From Planctomycetota bacterium (GTDB lineage: Bacteria > Planctomycetota > Planctomycetia > Pirellulales > Pirellulaceae), in assembly GCA_038520195.1 (NCBI GenBank), contig JBCBLJ010000001.1:1-57460 (forward strand): a stretch of 57,460 nt of DNA, in the 5' to 3' direction. A program made the translations under genes and the position numbers. Below the pieces are notes generated by a model. The model ran no database searches. It was not told where the DNA came from and was given only the letters and a program-made list of their open reading frames with translations. Every line of letters begins with the position of its first letter. The stretch's first letter is position 1. Below, piece by piece: positions 1 through 9,831 of the stretch.

Positions 1-22
1 CGGATTGCAAATCGATCAAGGC

Positions 23-198
23 TTGCAATCCGAATTGCCGCTCTGGTGGACGGCGGTCGAATCGATCAGCACGATTCTTGGCGGATTCCTGCTCTATTGG
101 CTACACCTCCGTTGTGACGATGAATAGAGCAGGAATCCGCCAAGAATCGTGCTGATCGATTCGACCGCCGTCCACCAGAGCGGCAATTCGGATTGCAA
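23..198. repeat. Perfect 76-bp inverted duplication at contig start (23-98 vs 123-198); 1-27 also repeats 189-215 directly; probable fold-back chimera
   Basis: 23-98 (ttgcaatccg...gctctatt) is the exact reverse complement of 123-198 (aatagagc...gattgcaa). It lies inside coding sequence at the extreme end of the contig. Confidence 0.9.
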
Positions 199-540
199 AT
201 CGATCAAGGCTTGCATGATTCCGAGTGCGATGACGCCAAATGCGATCAGCCCAATAAGGTCGCGGAATCGCGGGAGATCCCAAGCGACATAGATCAAAGC
301 GACGCCGATGAGTCCGTACATCAATGAGAGGTGTCGTGCGAGGTAGAACGCCACTGGCGTTTGCGGGAACGGTTCGACCCCCAGTCGGTCGGTGATCCAC
401 ACGATCCAGGAGGACGGCATGAACGCGGCGACGAACGCGAACAAGCCCGTGATGCCGACGAAGTAGATGAGTCCGCGGAGCCAGCGGAGCGGCGTTTTCT
501 TTTTTGGAGCGGCTTCGGCAGATTGGTCGGTTTCGCTCAA
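94..540 (-). CDS. Hypothetical membrane protein (about 4 TM helices); C-terminus probably scrambled by the end fold-back
   Basis: Hydrophobic segments LIYFVGITGLFAFVAAF, LSLMYGLIGVALIYVAW, LIGLIAFGVIALGIMQ and ISTILGGFLLY. Divergent from the U32 gene. Confidence 0.7.
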   Translation of the reverse strand: MSETDQSAEAAPKKKTPLRWLRGLIYFVGITGLFAFVAAFMPSSWIVWITDRLGVEPFPQTPVAFYLARHLSLMYGLIGVALIYVAWDLPRFRDLIGLIAFGVIALGIMQALIDLQSELPLWWTAVESISTILGGFLLYSSSQRRCSQ

Positions 541-594
541 GGCTGGCTTCCAAAACGGCTACGCAGAACGCGACCGGCCGGTCATACTTTGTGA

Positions 595-3126
595 ATGAAT
601 CGGACCGTCGAACAAAGCGATCAGTTTACTCCGGAACTACTGGCCCCGGCAGGTGATTGGGACTGCGCCCGCGCCGCCATCGAAAACGGTGCCGACGCGA
701 TCTATTTTGGCTTGGAGTGTGGATTCAACGCGCGGCATCGCGCGAAGAATTTTCACCTCGAGGACTTATCCGAGTTGATGCGCACGCTGCGTCGTCGCGG
801 TGTCCGCGGTTACACGACGCTCAATACTTTGGTGTTTCCGTCCGAGCTTCCGCGGCTGGTTCCGTTGGTGGAGCGTCTCGCCGAATGCGGCGTCGACGCG
901 GTTCTGGTTCAGGATTTCGGGGTCGCCAGACTCGTGCGAGCGATTTGTCCCGACATCGAAGTTCACGCCAGTACGCAAATGAGTTTGACGAGCGCCGAAA
1001 CGATCGCGGTGGCTCGCGACTTGGGTTTGTCGCGTGCGGTGTTGGCTCGAGAGTTATCGGTCGCAGAAATTCAAAAGATCACCGCGGTGTGTGATCTCCC
1101 GGTCGAGGTCTTTATCCATGGTGCCCTCTGCGTTGCCTACTCCGGGCAGTGTCTGACAAGTGAATCGTTGGGTGGACGCAGTGCAAACCGAGGTCAGTGT
1201 GCTCAAGCTTGTCGTTTGCCGTACGAGTTGATTTGTGACGGCGAAGAAAGGGACCTCGGCGACGTGCGTTATTTGCTCAGCCCGCAGGACCTTGCCGGAT
1301 ATGAAGCCATCGTCGGACTCATTGATGCTGGTGTCGCATCGCTCAAGATCGAGGGTCGTCTCAAGACGCCGGAGTATGTCGCGAACATGACCGGCCACTA
1401 TCGCCGCGCGATCGATCAAGCCGTGCGCGAAAAGCGTGTCGAGATCGGACCGGACGCGAAACAGGAAATGGAGCTTTCTTTCTCCCGTGGTTTCACGCCG
1501 GGTTGGCTCGAAGGCAACGATCACAAGCGACTGGTGCCGGGGCGCCATAGCGCCAAGCGAGGCATTCATCTGGGACGGGTGATTCGCCATCGCGGCGACG
1601 AAGTCTTACTCGAGACCGAAGCGGGGCTGGCTCTCGGCGACGGGCTCGGGATCGAATCGACGGAGACCAAGGGCAGTGAGCAGGCGATGTGCGGCGGTCG
1701 AATCTACTCGCTCACGACCGACGAGGGTGAGAGGCAGGAATCGGTCGCCGCCGGCGCGCAGGTGTGGGTTGGATTTGGTCGCGGCGAGATCGACTGGAAG
1801 CTCATTCCCGAGGAAGCAAGCGTCTTCAAGAACGATGATCCAAAACTCAATCGGCGGCTGCGAAAGTCGTTTGAGGTTGCTGATGCCGTTGTCCGCAGGC
1901 AGGTCAAGATGCGGGTCGATGCGATCGCGGGCCAACCGCTTTTGTTGCAAGTTTCATTGGGCGAAATGGTGCATGTAGCGGTGCAGTCGGAGGAGCCGCT
2001 GGAGCGGGCGCAAAAGCACCCCGCGACGCGCGAGATGTTGCGTGAAAAACTCTCGCGTCTTGGAGCGACCGCGTTCGAACTGGGGGCATTGGATGCTCGA
2101 ATCGATGGGGAACCGATGGTTCCGGCGAGCTTGCTCAATCAGTTACGCCGCGACGCGATGCAGTCTCTGGTCGAACGGCTTGACGCGCCGCCGTCGCGAA
2201 GCGTCTCGCGGGATGCGGGAGAAGCGTTGTTGAAATCGATTGTCGAACCGCAGGCTGCAAACGATGTTTCACGATTGAGCGCCCTGTGTCGGACCTTGGA
2301 TCAAGTCCGCGCCGCCTGTGAGGTCGGCGTCGATCTGATTTACGTCGACTTTCATGACGTGCGCCGTTACGCGGACGTCGGCCCGCTCGTGCGCCCCTTC
2401 GGTATCCCTTTCGGGATCGCGACGATTCGGATGCAGAAGCCCGGCGAGATGGGGCTGCTACGAGTGTTGCCGCGACACGAACCGGACTTCGTGTTGTGTC
2501 GCAATCTGGCGGCGATCGAGTTTTTCCGCGAGTCGTCGATTCGCACACTCGCCGATTTTTCTTTGAACGTCGCGAATCATCGTGCGGCCGAGTGGATTCG
2601 ATCGCGCGGCGTTGAACGTATCACCGCGTCGTACGATTTGAATTGCGAACAACTCGATGACTTGGTCCGTTCGTTGCCCGCGCATTGGCTCGAAGTTGTG
2701 GTCCACCAGAGGATCCCGATGTTTCATATGGAGCACTGTGTGTTCTGCAGTGTTCTTTCACCCGGCACGAACAAAACGAATTGCGGCCGCCCGTGCGACG
2801 AGCACGTGGTACAACTGCGGGACCGTGTCGGCGCCGAGCACACGTTGCAGGCCGACATTGCCTGTCGCAACACACTCTACAACGCGATGCCGCAGAGCGG
2901 CGCGGAATCGGCTCTCCGGCTTCGCGACGCCGGCGTCGGTTGGTTCCGAATCGAGTTTCTCGAGGAACGTGCGGAAGAGGTGTCGCGGACGATTCGTTTG
3001 TACCGTGACCTGCTGGCCGAAAGAGTTTCTCCGAGCGAAGTCTGGCAAAAACTGAACGCCGTCAATCGAGTCGGCGTGACACGCGGCACACTGGAGTCCA
3101 AACGCAACCCCTTGGCCGTGCTCTGA
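595..3126 (+). CDS. rlhA: U32 family protein with DUF3656-like domain, RlhA-like (probable Fe-S, prephenate-dependent RNA hydroxylase)
   Basis: PELLAPAG start, GADAIYFG, HASTQM, Fe-S Cys motif HGALCVAYSGQC...SANRGQCAQACRLPY and SLKIEGR. The central KLSRLGATAF...PASLLNQLRR segment is DUF3656-like. The family is secure; the rlhA assignment is inferred from architecture. Confidence 0.8.
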   Translation: MNRTVEQSDQFTPELLAPAGDWDCARAAIENGADAIYFGLECGFNARHRAKNFHLEDLSELMRTLRRRGVRGYTTLNTLVFPSELPRLVPLVERLAECGVDAVLVQDFGVARLVRAICPDIEVHASTQMSLTSAETIAVARDLGLSRAVLARELSVAEIQKITAVCDLPVEVFIHGALCVAYSGQCLTSESLGGRSANRGQCAQACRLPYELICDGEERDLGDVRYLLSPQDLAGYEAIVGLIDAGVASLKIEGRLKTPEYVANMTGHYRRAIDQAVREKRVEIGPDAKQEMELSFSRGFTPGWLEGNDHKRLVPGRHSAKRGIHLGRVIRHRGDEVLLETEAGLALGDGLGIESTETKGSEQAMCGGRIYSLTTDEGERQESVAAGAQVWVGFGRGEIDWKLIPEEASVFKNDDPKLNRRLRKSFEVADAVVRRQVKMRVDAIAGQPLLLQVSLGEMVHVAVQSEEPLERAQKHPATREMLREKLSRLGATAFELGALDARIDGEPMVPASLLNQLRRDAMQSLVERLDAPPSRSVSRDAGEALLKSIVEPQAANDVSRLSALCRTLDQVRAACEVGVDLIYVDFHDVRRYADVGPLVRPFGIPFGIATIRMQKPGEMGLLRVLPRHEPDFVLCRNLAAIEFFRESSIRTLADFSLNVANHRAAEWIRSRGVERITASYDLNCEQLDDLVRSLPAHWLEVVVHQRIPMFHMEHCVFCSVLSPGTNKTNCGRPCDEHVVQLRDRVGAEHTLQADIACRNTLYNAMPQSGAESALRLRDAGVGWFRIEFLEERAEEVSRTIRLYRDLLAERVSPSEVWQKLNAVNRVGVTRGTLESKRNPLAVL

Positions 3127-3297
3127 ACGAAACGCTGCGGTGATGTCGCGCGTGCTAAGTCTCGTGTTCTGACGTAACCCACGTCCGGCCGTTCACCGTG
3201 CCGGCTGCCGAACCCGCGACGACGCGAACCGGTGGAGAGTCGGAGCGTGGAGCGATAGAATAAAGGGACCTCTTGATTCACGGTCGCGAAGCGGGCA

Positions 3298-4278
3298 ATG
3301 CAAAACGAACCGACCATTGTTCTTTCCGTGACGGACACCGACCTGCCTCGACAGGTCCCTTCGGGTCTCGGTCGCTACACCGGATTGCGTGAGATTGCCC
3401 GCGGCGGCAACGGCATCCTGCAAGCGGGCTTCGATCCGATCGCGGGCCGAACGGTGGCCATCAAGACGCTGCCATTTCATCATAAGGATGTCCCCAACGA
3501 ACGACGCCGGCTGATTCGCGAAGCTCGCGTCACGGCTCAATTGCAGCATCCCAACACCGTTCCCGTCTATGAGATAGGAAACGACTTGGTCCAAGGCGTC
3601 TTTCTGGTCATGAAGCTGATTTCCGGTGAGAACCTGTTCGAGGTGCTCAAAAAGATCGCGGAGGGCGACGAACTCGCGATTCAGCGAAACCCGGCAGCGA
3701 AACGCGTTGAGGCGTTGGCCGATGCTTGCCAAGCGTTGGCCTACGCGCACGCCCGGGGAGTGATTCACCGCGATGTCAAACCCGAGAACATTTGGTTGGG
3801 CAACTTCGGTGAGGTCTATCTGTTGGACTGGGGGACCGCGAAGGTATGGGGCGCGATGGACGATCAAACGGTGACGCGGTACGACGCGACCAAGCTGCAA
3901 GCCGAAGAGCACCAGTTGCAGACATTGACTCGGAGCGGGCAGCGGCCGGGAACACCGCTCTACATGTCGCCGGAACAGATCCAGGGAAATCGAAGCATCG
4001 ACGAACGCAGCGACATCTTCAATGTGGGTGTATGCTTGTACGAGTTGCTGGCACTCCGCGAACCGTTTCGCGGCGCAAACATTGATGAGACATTTCGTAA
4101 TATCATTCAGTCGCAGCCCGCACGACCGAGCGAGCGAGCGCCCGACGCAGGCATTCCGGCGCGGGCGGATGATGTCGTGATGCGGGCACTGCAGAAGCAG
4201 CCCAACGATCGATTTCAGTCGATGCGTGAATTGATCACGGCGATGCGTGATCTGATTCCTTTGCTAGTGACCGGCTGA
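3298..4278 (+). CDS. Hanks-type Ser/Thr protein kinase (kinase domain only)
   Basis: IARGGNG Gly loop, VAIK, HPNTVPVY, HRDVKPENI, DWG (DFG variant), GTPLYMSPEQ, SDIF. Confidence 0.92.
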   Translation: MQNEPTIVLSVTDTDLPRQVPSGLGRYTGLREIARGGNGILQAGFDPIAGRTVAIKTLPFHHKDVPNERRRLIREARVTAQLQHPNTVPVYEIGNDLVQGVFLVMKLISGENLFEVLKKIAEGDELAIQRNPAAKRVEALADACQALAYAHARGVIHRDVKPENIWLGNFGEVYLLDWGTAKVWGAMDDQTVTRYDATKLQAEEHQLQTLTRSGQRPGTPLYMSPEQIQGNRSIDERSDIFNVGVCLYELLALREPFRGANIDETFRNIIQSQPARPSERAPDAGIPARADDVVMRALQKQPNDRFQSMRELITAMRDLIPLLVTG

Positions 4279-4313
4279 ACGCGACCTCGATTTCCTGAAG
4301 AGACTCGATCCAG

Positions 4314-6221
4314 ATGTGTGGAATTACCGGAGCCGTCTGGTTCGAACCCTCTTTCGCGATTGATCGCGAGCGGCTGGGCCGCATGACCGATGCGATCACG
4401 CATCGCGGACCGGACGACGAGGGTCATTGGATCAAGACCGGGCACGTCGACGGTCAAGGCCGTCAGCATGGGATCGCCCTCGGTTTTCGTCGCCTATCGA
4501 TCATCGATGTCGACGGCGCCGCGCAGCCGATGTCCAACGAGGACGGTTCGGTGCGGTTGGTTTTCAACGGAGAGATCTACAACTTTCAGACACTCCGACG
4601 GCGACTCGAAGGCAGCGGCCACCGGTTCGCCACCAATGGGGACGGCGAGTCGATCGTGCACTTGTACGAGGACATGGGCACCGATTGCTTTGCCGAGTTC
4701 AATGGAATGTTCGCAATCGGTATCTGGGATGCCAAGCGATCACGACTCGTTTTGGGCCGCGATCGAATCGGCCAGAAGCCGCTTTACTACGCGGTCACTG
4801 GTGATCGCATCGTGTTCGGCAGCGAGTTGAAATGTTTGGCGGAAGTGCCGGGTGTTTGTACCGAGATCGATCCTGCGGCGATCGACGAGTTCTTGACGTA
4901 CCAGTACATCCCGCACCCGGGGACGATCTGGAAGGGTGTTCGCAAGTTGCCGCCAGGTCACTACCTGGTGTTCGACCGTGGCCGCGCCGAAGTTCATCGT
5001 TACTGGGACTTCGACCCGTCGGCCGAACGCTGGGTGTCACGACATCAAGCGATGGAGCAGCTTCGCGAACTGTTAACCGACTCGGTTCGGTTGCGTCTGC
5101 AAAGCGATGTGCCGCTGGGATCCTTCTTGTCCGGTGGAATTGACTCCTCCCTCATCACCGCGCTCGCGCAGCGGCAGGTCGAAACGCCGGTCCGCACGTT
5201 TAGCATCGGATTCCCGATTCAAGATTTTGACGAAACCGCTTATGCCGCGCAGGTCGCCGAGCACCTGGGGACGAACCACCAGCGCTTCGAAGTCAAACCG
5301 AGCGGTGTTGAGGTCATCGACAAGCTCGTGTGGCACTACGACGAACCGTTCGGCGACTCGTCGGCGGTTCCAACCTGGTATTTGTCTGAGTTGACGCGTG
5401 GTCACGTGACGGTCGCGTTGTCCGGTGACGGCGGCGACGAGCTGTTCGCGGGTTACGAGCGCTATCGCGCGCTCTGGCTGAGTCGACGCATGCAGCGTTG
5501 GTTTCCGATTCACAAGACGCCGGGCATCGGTTTGGTGCAGCGTCTTCCGGACAACAACAAGCGTCGATCATTCATCCGTCGGGCGAAACGATTCTTGGAG
5601 GCCTTCGGCCAAGATGATGCGCGTCGCTACCTCAATTGGCTGCAGATTTTTCCCGAGTCGCTGCGGGCGGACATCTACGCCGATGATTTTGTCGCACAAC
5701 TTCCCGGGGACGATCCATTTGAGTTTTTGGAAACCTGTTGGAATCGGAGCGACGGACGAGACGTCGTGACGCGAGCCAGTCTTTCGGATGTCTTTTCTTA
5801 CCTGCCATGTGACCTGTGCACGAAAGTGGATGTGGCGTCGATGGCTCACTCCTTGGAAGTCCGCCAGCCGATGCTCGATCATCGAGTGGTGGAGTTCGCG
5901 GCTTCGCTTCCGGTGGAGTACAAGTTCCGTGGCAAACGCTGCAAGTTGCTCTTGGAGGACACGTTCGGCTCGTTGATACCGAAGTCGATTTTCACTCGCC
6001 GCAAGATGGGCTTCGGCATTCCGATCAGCAACTGGTTTCGAGACGAACTCAAGCCGATGGTGAACGAGACTCTGCTTGCGCAAGACGCAAAGATTACGCC
6101 GTACTTCCGTCGCGAAGCGGTCCAAAGGCTCGTCAGCGCCCACGAAAACGGCGAGCAGAACCACGGCTATCGGCTCTGGAACTTGCTGATCCTCGAAAAG
6201 TGGTTGCGTCAGTGGGCGTGA
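4314..6221 (+). CDS. asnB: Asparagine synthase (glutamine-hydrolysing), AsnB-family amidotransferase
   Basis: N-terminal MCGI, HRGPDDEG, RRLSIID, FNGEIYN, RDRIGQKPLYY, FLSGGIDSS, SGDGGDELFAGY, RKMGF. Confidence 0.93.
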   Translation: MCGITGAVWFEPSFAIDRERLGRMTDAITHRGPDDEGHWIKTGHVDGQGRQHGIALGFRRLSIIDVDGAAQPMSNEDGSVRLVFNGEIYNFQTLRRRLEGSGHRFATNGDGESIVHLYEDMGTDCFAEFNGMFAIGIWDAKRSRLVLGRDRIGQKPLYYAVTGDRIVFGSELKCLAEVPGVCTEIDPAAIDEFLTYQYIPHPGTIWKGVRKLPPGHYLVFDRGRAEVHRYWDFDPSAERWVSRHQAMEQLRELLTDSVRLRLQSDVPLGSFLSGGIDSSLITALAQRQVETPVRTFSIGFPIQDFDETAYAAQVAEHLGTNHQRFEVKPSGVEVIDKLVWHYDEPFGDSSAVPTWYLSELTRGHVTVALSGDGGDELFAGYERYRALWLSRRMQRWFPIHKTPGIGLVQRLPDNNKRRSFIRRAKRFLEAFGQDDARRYLNWLQIFPESLRADIYADDFVAQLPGDDPFEFLETCWNRSDGRDVVTRASLSDVFSYLPCDLCTKVDVASMAHSLEVRQPMLDHRVVEFAASLPVEYKFRGKRCKLLLEDTFGSLIPKSIFTRRKMGFGIPISNWFRDELKPMVNETLLAQDAKITPYFRREAVQRLVSAHENGEQNHGYRLWNLLILEKWLRQWA

Positions 6222-6438
6222 TCTTGATTCCCGGATCGGGAAGCGCGGGTGTGAGCGTTTGCTGGCGTTCGTCACGGCGCGAACTCGCCAAGCCGTCCGA
6301 TCAGTGATTCGATGAGCCGCGCCGGCGTTGGTCCACAAGTCGGATCGATTGTTTCCCCGGTGACCGATCGCATAGACTGACATGACGCGCCCGTGAAAGC
6401 GCGCATTTCCTCTTACAACTGATCCACACGACTGAGTG

Positions 6439-8277
6439 ATGTCTGAATCAAACGAACAGGCGAGCCCTGAAGAATCAAGCTCTGGAGAGTCGACCGAACC
6501 GTCCGTGGGCAGTGAAGGAATGACAAGCGAGTCAAGCACGAGTGCTCCGAGCGAGACGGGCTCGGCCCAGGGTGAAGTGCTCCGTTGGTGGCCGGGGGCG
6601 CTGTTGCTGATCGTGATGATCCTGGTTCGTTCGATCGCGATTGTGATCGATTCGCCGCCAATGCCGCTCATGATGTTTAGCTTTATGGGACCGGCGGTGA
6701 TCGGTTTGATGTTGCTACTTTGGTGGTTGTTCGCGAGCCGGGCGACTTGGGGCGAAAAGTTCACGATCCTGGGTGCGGCATCGGTGATCGGCGTCGCTTG
6801 TTGTCTGACGCTGCATCGGTCGCTCGGTGGGTTTGGAATACCGTTGATGGTGCTTCCGGCGGGCGTCGGGGCCTTCACCTTCGGATTGTTGGTGACGGCA
6901 AGTCGCCGATCGATCCGTTTGCCGGTCACGATGTTCTTTACGTTGATCGGTTTTGGAAGTTGGTCGTTACTTCAAACCGAAGGTTACGACGGCAAGTTCA
7001 AGCCCGAGTTTCTGTGGCGTTGGAGTGAGACCGCTGAAGATACTTTTCTTGCGAGTATGTCCGAGCGTGAGACGATCGATGCGGAACCAGTTTCGGTGGA
7101 GTCCTTGACGCTGTCCGAGGCGCAGTGGCCCGGGTTCCGTGGTCGCGACCGAATGGGTTCGGTCAGTGGCGTGTCATTGTCGGAGGATTGGGATGGCACG
7201 CCCCCGAAAGAGATTTGGCGAACACCGGTGGGACCGGCTTGGTCCTCGTTCAGCGTCGCGGGCAGTCGTTTGTATACGCAAGAACAGCGAGATGACTTCG
7301 AAGCCGTGGTCTGCTTGGACGCCGAGTCCGGGGCGATCATTTGGGATTATGAAACGAAGAGTCGTTTCTGGGAGGGGATCGCGGGTGCGGGTCCTCGAGC
7401 AACACCGACCGTTGACGCAGCCGGGGTCTATGCGTTTGGTGGAGAGGGCGTTCTTGTTTGCCTCAACGCAGCGACGGGTGAAGAAATCTGGAAGCGTGAT
7501 GTCAAGACGGACGCCAGTCGAAAGCCGCCGACTTGGGGTTTCGCCGCGTCGCCACTGGTGACCGAGTCACTCGTCATTGTGCACGCCGGAGGCGAGGGCG
7601 AGAAAGGCATCTTTGCGTTCGATAAGACAACCGGCGAACCGGTCTGGTCCGCACCGTCGGGAAGTCACAGCTATAGCTCGGCGCAAGCGGCATCCTTTAG
7701 TGGTGTTTCGGGAGTGTTGATGCTGACCAACGACGGCTTGCAATTCTTGAACGCCGAGGACGGCTCCGAAATTTGGCAGCATCCGTGGAAGAAAGAAGAC
7801 TATCGAGTGGTACAGCCGTACGTGAATGGCGAAACGGTTGTGCTCGGCGGGAGTCTCGGGACCGGGTCACAGAAGATCACCGTCAAACGTTCAGGTGGTG
7901 GTTGGTCAATCAAGGAGGATTGGACGACGCCGAGTCTGAAGCCCGACTACAACGACTTCGTTGTTTTTGAGGATCACGCGTACGGGTTCGACAGCGGTAT
8001 TTTCTGTTGCGTCGATCTCAGCACGGGCGACCGTGCTTGGAAGCGTGGACGTTACGGCAACGGCCAAGTGTTGCTCTTGGCCGACCAAGGCCAATTGTTA
8101 GTTGCTTCGGAGAAGGGCGAAATCGTTTTGGTGCGCGCGACACCCGAAAAACTTGTCGAAGTCGCCAAGTTCCAGGCGATCGAAGGCAAGACGTGGAATC
8201 ATCCCGTATTGATCGGAAACCGACTCTACGTGCGAAATGCCCGCGAAGCGGCTTGCTTCGAGATGCCGCTTCAATGA
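6439..8277 (+). CDS. Membrane-anchored PQQ-binding-like beta-propeller protein
   Basis: About 5 N-terminal TM segments, then WPGFRG, repeated 'CLDA.SG..IW' / 'CLNA.TGEEIW' blades and a C-terminal KTWNHPVLIGNRLYVRN, typical of the planctomycete PQQ-propeller family. Confidence 0.85.
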   Translation: MSESNEQASPEESSSGESTEPSVGSEGMTSESSTSAPSETGSAQGEVLRWWPGALLLIVMILVRSIAIVIDSPPMPLMMFSFMGPAVIGLMLLLWWLFASRATWGEKFTILGAASVIGVACCLTLHRSLGGFGIPLMVLPAGVGAFTFGLLVTASRRSIRLPVTMFFTLIGFGSWSLLQTEGYDGKFKPEFLWRWSETAEDTFLASMSERETIDAEPVSVESLTLSEAQWPGFRGRDRMGSVSGVSLSEDWDGTPPKEIWRTPVGPAWSSFSVAGSRLYTQEQRDDFEAVVCLDAESGAIIWDYETKSRFWEGIAGAGPRATPTVDAAGVYAFGGEGVLVCLNAATGEEIWKRDVKTDASRKPPTWGFAASPLVTESLVIVHAGGEGEKGIFAFDKTTGEPVWSAPSGSHSYSSAQAASFSGVSGVLMLTNDGLQFLNAEDGSEIWQHPWKKEDYRVVQPYVNGETVVLGGSLGTGSQKITVKRSGGGWSIKEDWTTPSLKPDYNDFVVFEDHAYGFDSGIFCCVDLSTGDRAWKRGRYGNGQVLLLADQGQLLVASEKGEIVLVRATPEKLVEVAKFQAIEGKTWNHPVLIGNRLYVRNAREAACFEMPLQ

Positions 8278-8302
8278 GTGTCCAACGCGAGACCGCGCGG
8301 GC

Positions 8303-8668
8303 TCACCATCCGTAGGGTCGAGCGTAGTACCTCGAGTAGGGCGAGTATTGAAACGCTCGCGTATTGCGTTGGAGCGAGCGAGTCGCGTTCTGGCGATAGA
8401 ACCCGTAGGGCGAGTAGCCATACGGCGAGTAAATCGGATAGGCGCGAGGTAGGACGTAGTAGTTGCGAACAATCGGTTGGGGCTTTTGTTGCGCCTGCTG
8501 TTGCTGTGGGAACTTCCACGTCTGACCGTACTTGTAGAGGCCGTAAGAGGGTGAGTAATACGGCTGATTCTTCTTGTTGTTTTGCCCCTCGGCGGACCCG
8601 CACATCGCGACTGCGGCGATCAAGGCGACTGCGGGAATCCAACGGGCGGGCTTTGATTTGAGCGTCAT
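8303..8668 (-). CDS. Small secreted Tyr-rich, basic low-complexity protein (121 aa)
   Basis: ATG at 8668 gives signal peptide MTLKSKPARWIPAVALIAAVAMCGSAEG. The mature 93 aa contain 18 Tyr, no Asp/Glu and YSPY repeats. It fills the gap between two real genes. Confidence 0.7.
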   Translation of the reverse strand: MTLKSKPARWIPAVALIAAVAMCGSAEGQNNKKNQPYYSPSYGLYKYGQTWKFPQQQQAQQKPQPIVRNYYVLPRAYPIYSPYGYSPYGFYRQNATRSLQRNTRAFQYSPYSRYYARPYGW

Positions 8669-8722
8669 TTTTCCGTGCGTTTGGAAGGAGAGCTGGTTTG
8701 TCGACTGACACTCATCGGTGAG

Positions 8723-8740
8723 TTGCAACCCCGATGCCAA
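8723..8740 (-). promoter_or_regulatory. Putative sigma54 (-24/-12) promoter of the Tyr-rich gene
   Basis: Minus strand reads TTGGCATCGGGGTTGCAA: GG-N10-GC with TGGCA and TTGCA cores, about 55 nt upstream of the ATG at 8668. Confidence 0.6.
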
Positions 8741-8916
8741 AGAGTGTGTTTCACAACGTGTTTCCTGATTGGCGGCCAAAAACGTGCACTTTGGGCGACT
8801 CGGCTGATGGGTCACTTTCCGCAGCGATGGTGTCGAAGTGATGGCGCTTGGTGGTCAATCTGAGAACGTTCTGCCCGTTACAATCCCGTCGTCCGGCTTC
8901 CCCAGAAGGCTTCTCG

Positions 8917-9816
8917 ATGCGTAGTGTTTTGCTTTGTTTGATCGTTGGTTTAGCGTCTGTTTCGAACGTGTCGGGCGATCCGCCCCCGACGAAGCAACCA
9001 CTTTGGCCCGGCCTGCCACCCGGGACGACCGAGACCGGTGATGGCGATGTTCCGCAGTTGATCATCACTCAGGTCGCATCCCAGGAACCGACGGCGGCGG
9101 TGGTCATTTTGCCGGGAGGCGGCTACCGCGGCCATGCGATGGGACACGAGGGATACGATTTTGCGACTTGGTTTCGGGACCTCGGCGTCACCTCGGCGAT
9201 CTGTACGTACCGACTTCGTGGCAAGGGAAACACGGGTCAAGGTTACGGTCACCCGGCTCCGATGGACGATGCGCAGCGAGCGATTCAGACACTTCGAGCG
9301 AACGCCAAATCGCTCAACATCGATCCCGGTCGGATCGGTGTGATCGGTTTTTCGGCGGGTGGGCATTTGGCTTCAACGTTCTCGACGCATTTCGCCGAGC
9401 CCGACCCGGATGCGGAAGATTTGGTGGTGAGAGTGTCCTCACGTCCGGACTTCGCGATTCTGTGTTACCCGGTGATCGCATTCGACAAGCCGCACACTCA
9501 CCGTGGGAGCCAGCGGAATTTGTTGGGTGACGATCCGAGCGCGGACTTGGTCGCGTCACTTTCCAACGAGCGGCAGGTCACGTCGCGGACCCCACCGACG
9601 TTCCTATTTCACACCGGCGAAGATAAAGCGGTGCCCGTCCAGAACTCGGTCGACTACTACTTGGCTTGCTTGAAAGAGGGCGTGCCCGCCGAGTTGCATG
9701 TGTTTCCGAAAGGGAGGCATGGGTTGGGGCTCGCCCAAAACATCGAGGGTGCGCGTGCTTGGCCCGCACTCTGTGCCGATTGGCTGCGCGGGCTCGGCGT
9801 GGTGAATCGACCCTGA
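8917..9816 (+). CDS. Secreted alpha/beta hydrolase (acetyl-esterase/xylan-esterase-like)
   Basis: Signal peptide from ATG 8917, PGGGY oxyanion motif, GFSAGGHLA nucleophile elbow, ED..V and HGLG catalytic Asp/His. Confidence 0.88.
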   Translation: MRSVLLCLIVGLASVSNVSGDPPPTKQPLWPGLPPGTTETGDGDVPQLIITQVASQEPTAAVVILPGGGYRGHAMGHEGYDFATWFRDLGVTSAICTYRLRGKGNTGQGYGHPAPMDDAQRAIQTLRANAKSLNIDPGRIGVIGFSAGGHLASTFSTHFAEPDPDAEDLVVRVSSRPDFAILCYPVIAFDKPHTHRGSQRNLLGDDPSADLVASLSNERQVTSRTPPTFLFHTGEDKAVPVQNSVDYYLACLKEGVPAELHVFPKGRHGLGLAQNIEGARAWPALCADWLRGLGVVNRP

Positions 9817-9831
9817 CGTTGCTAATCGGTC

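Noticed and set aside
4314-6221. AsnB as a lasso-peptide cyclase
   Set aside because: It has an intact N-terminal Cys glutaminase domain, and no B protein, RRE or precursor peptide lies nearby.
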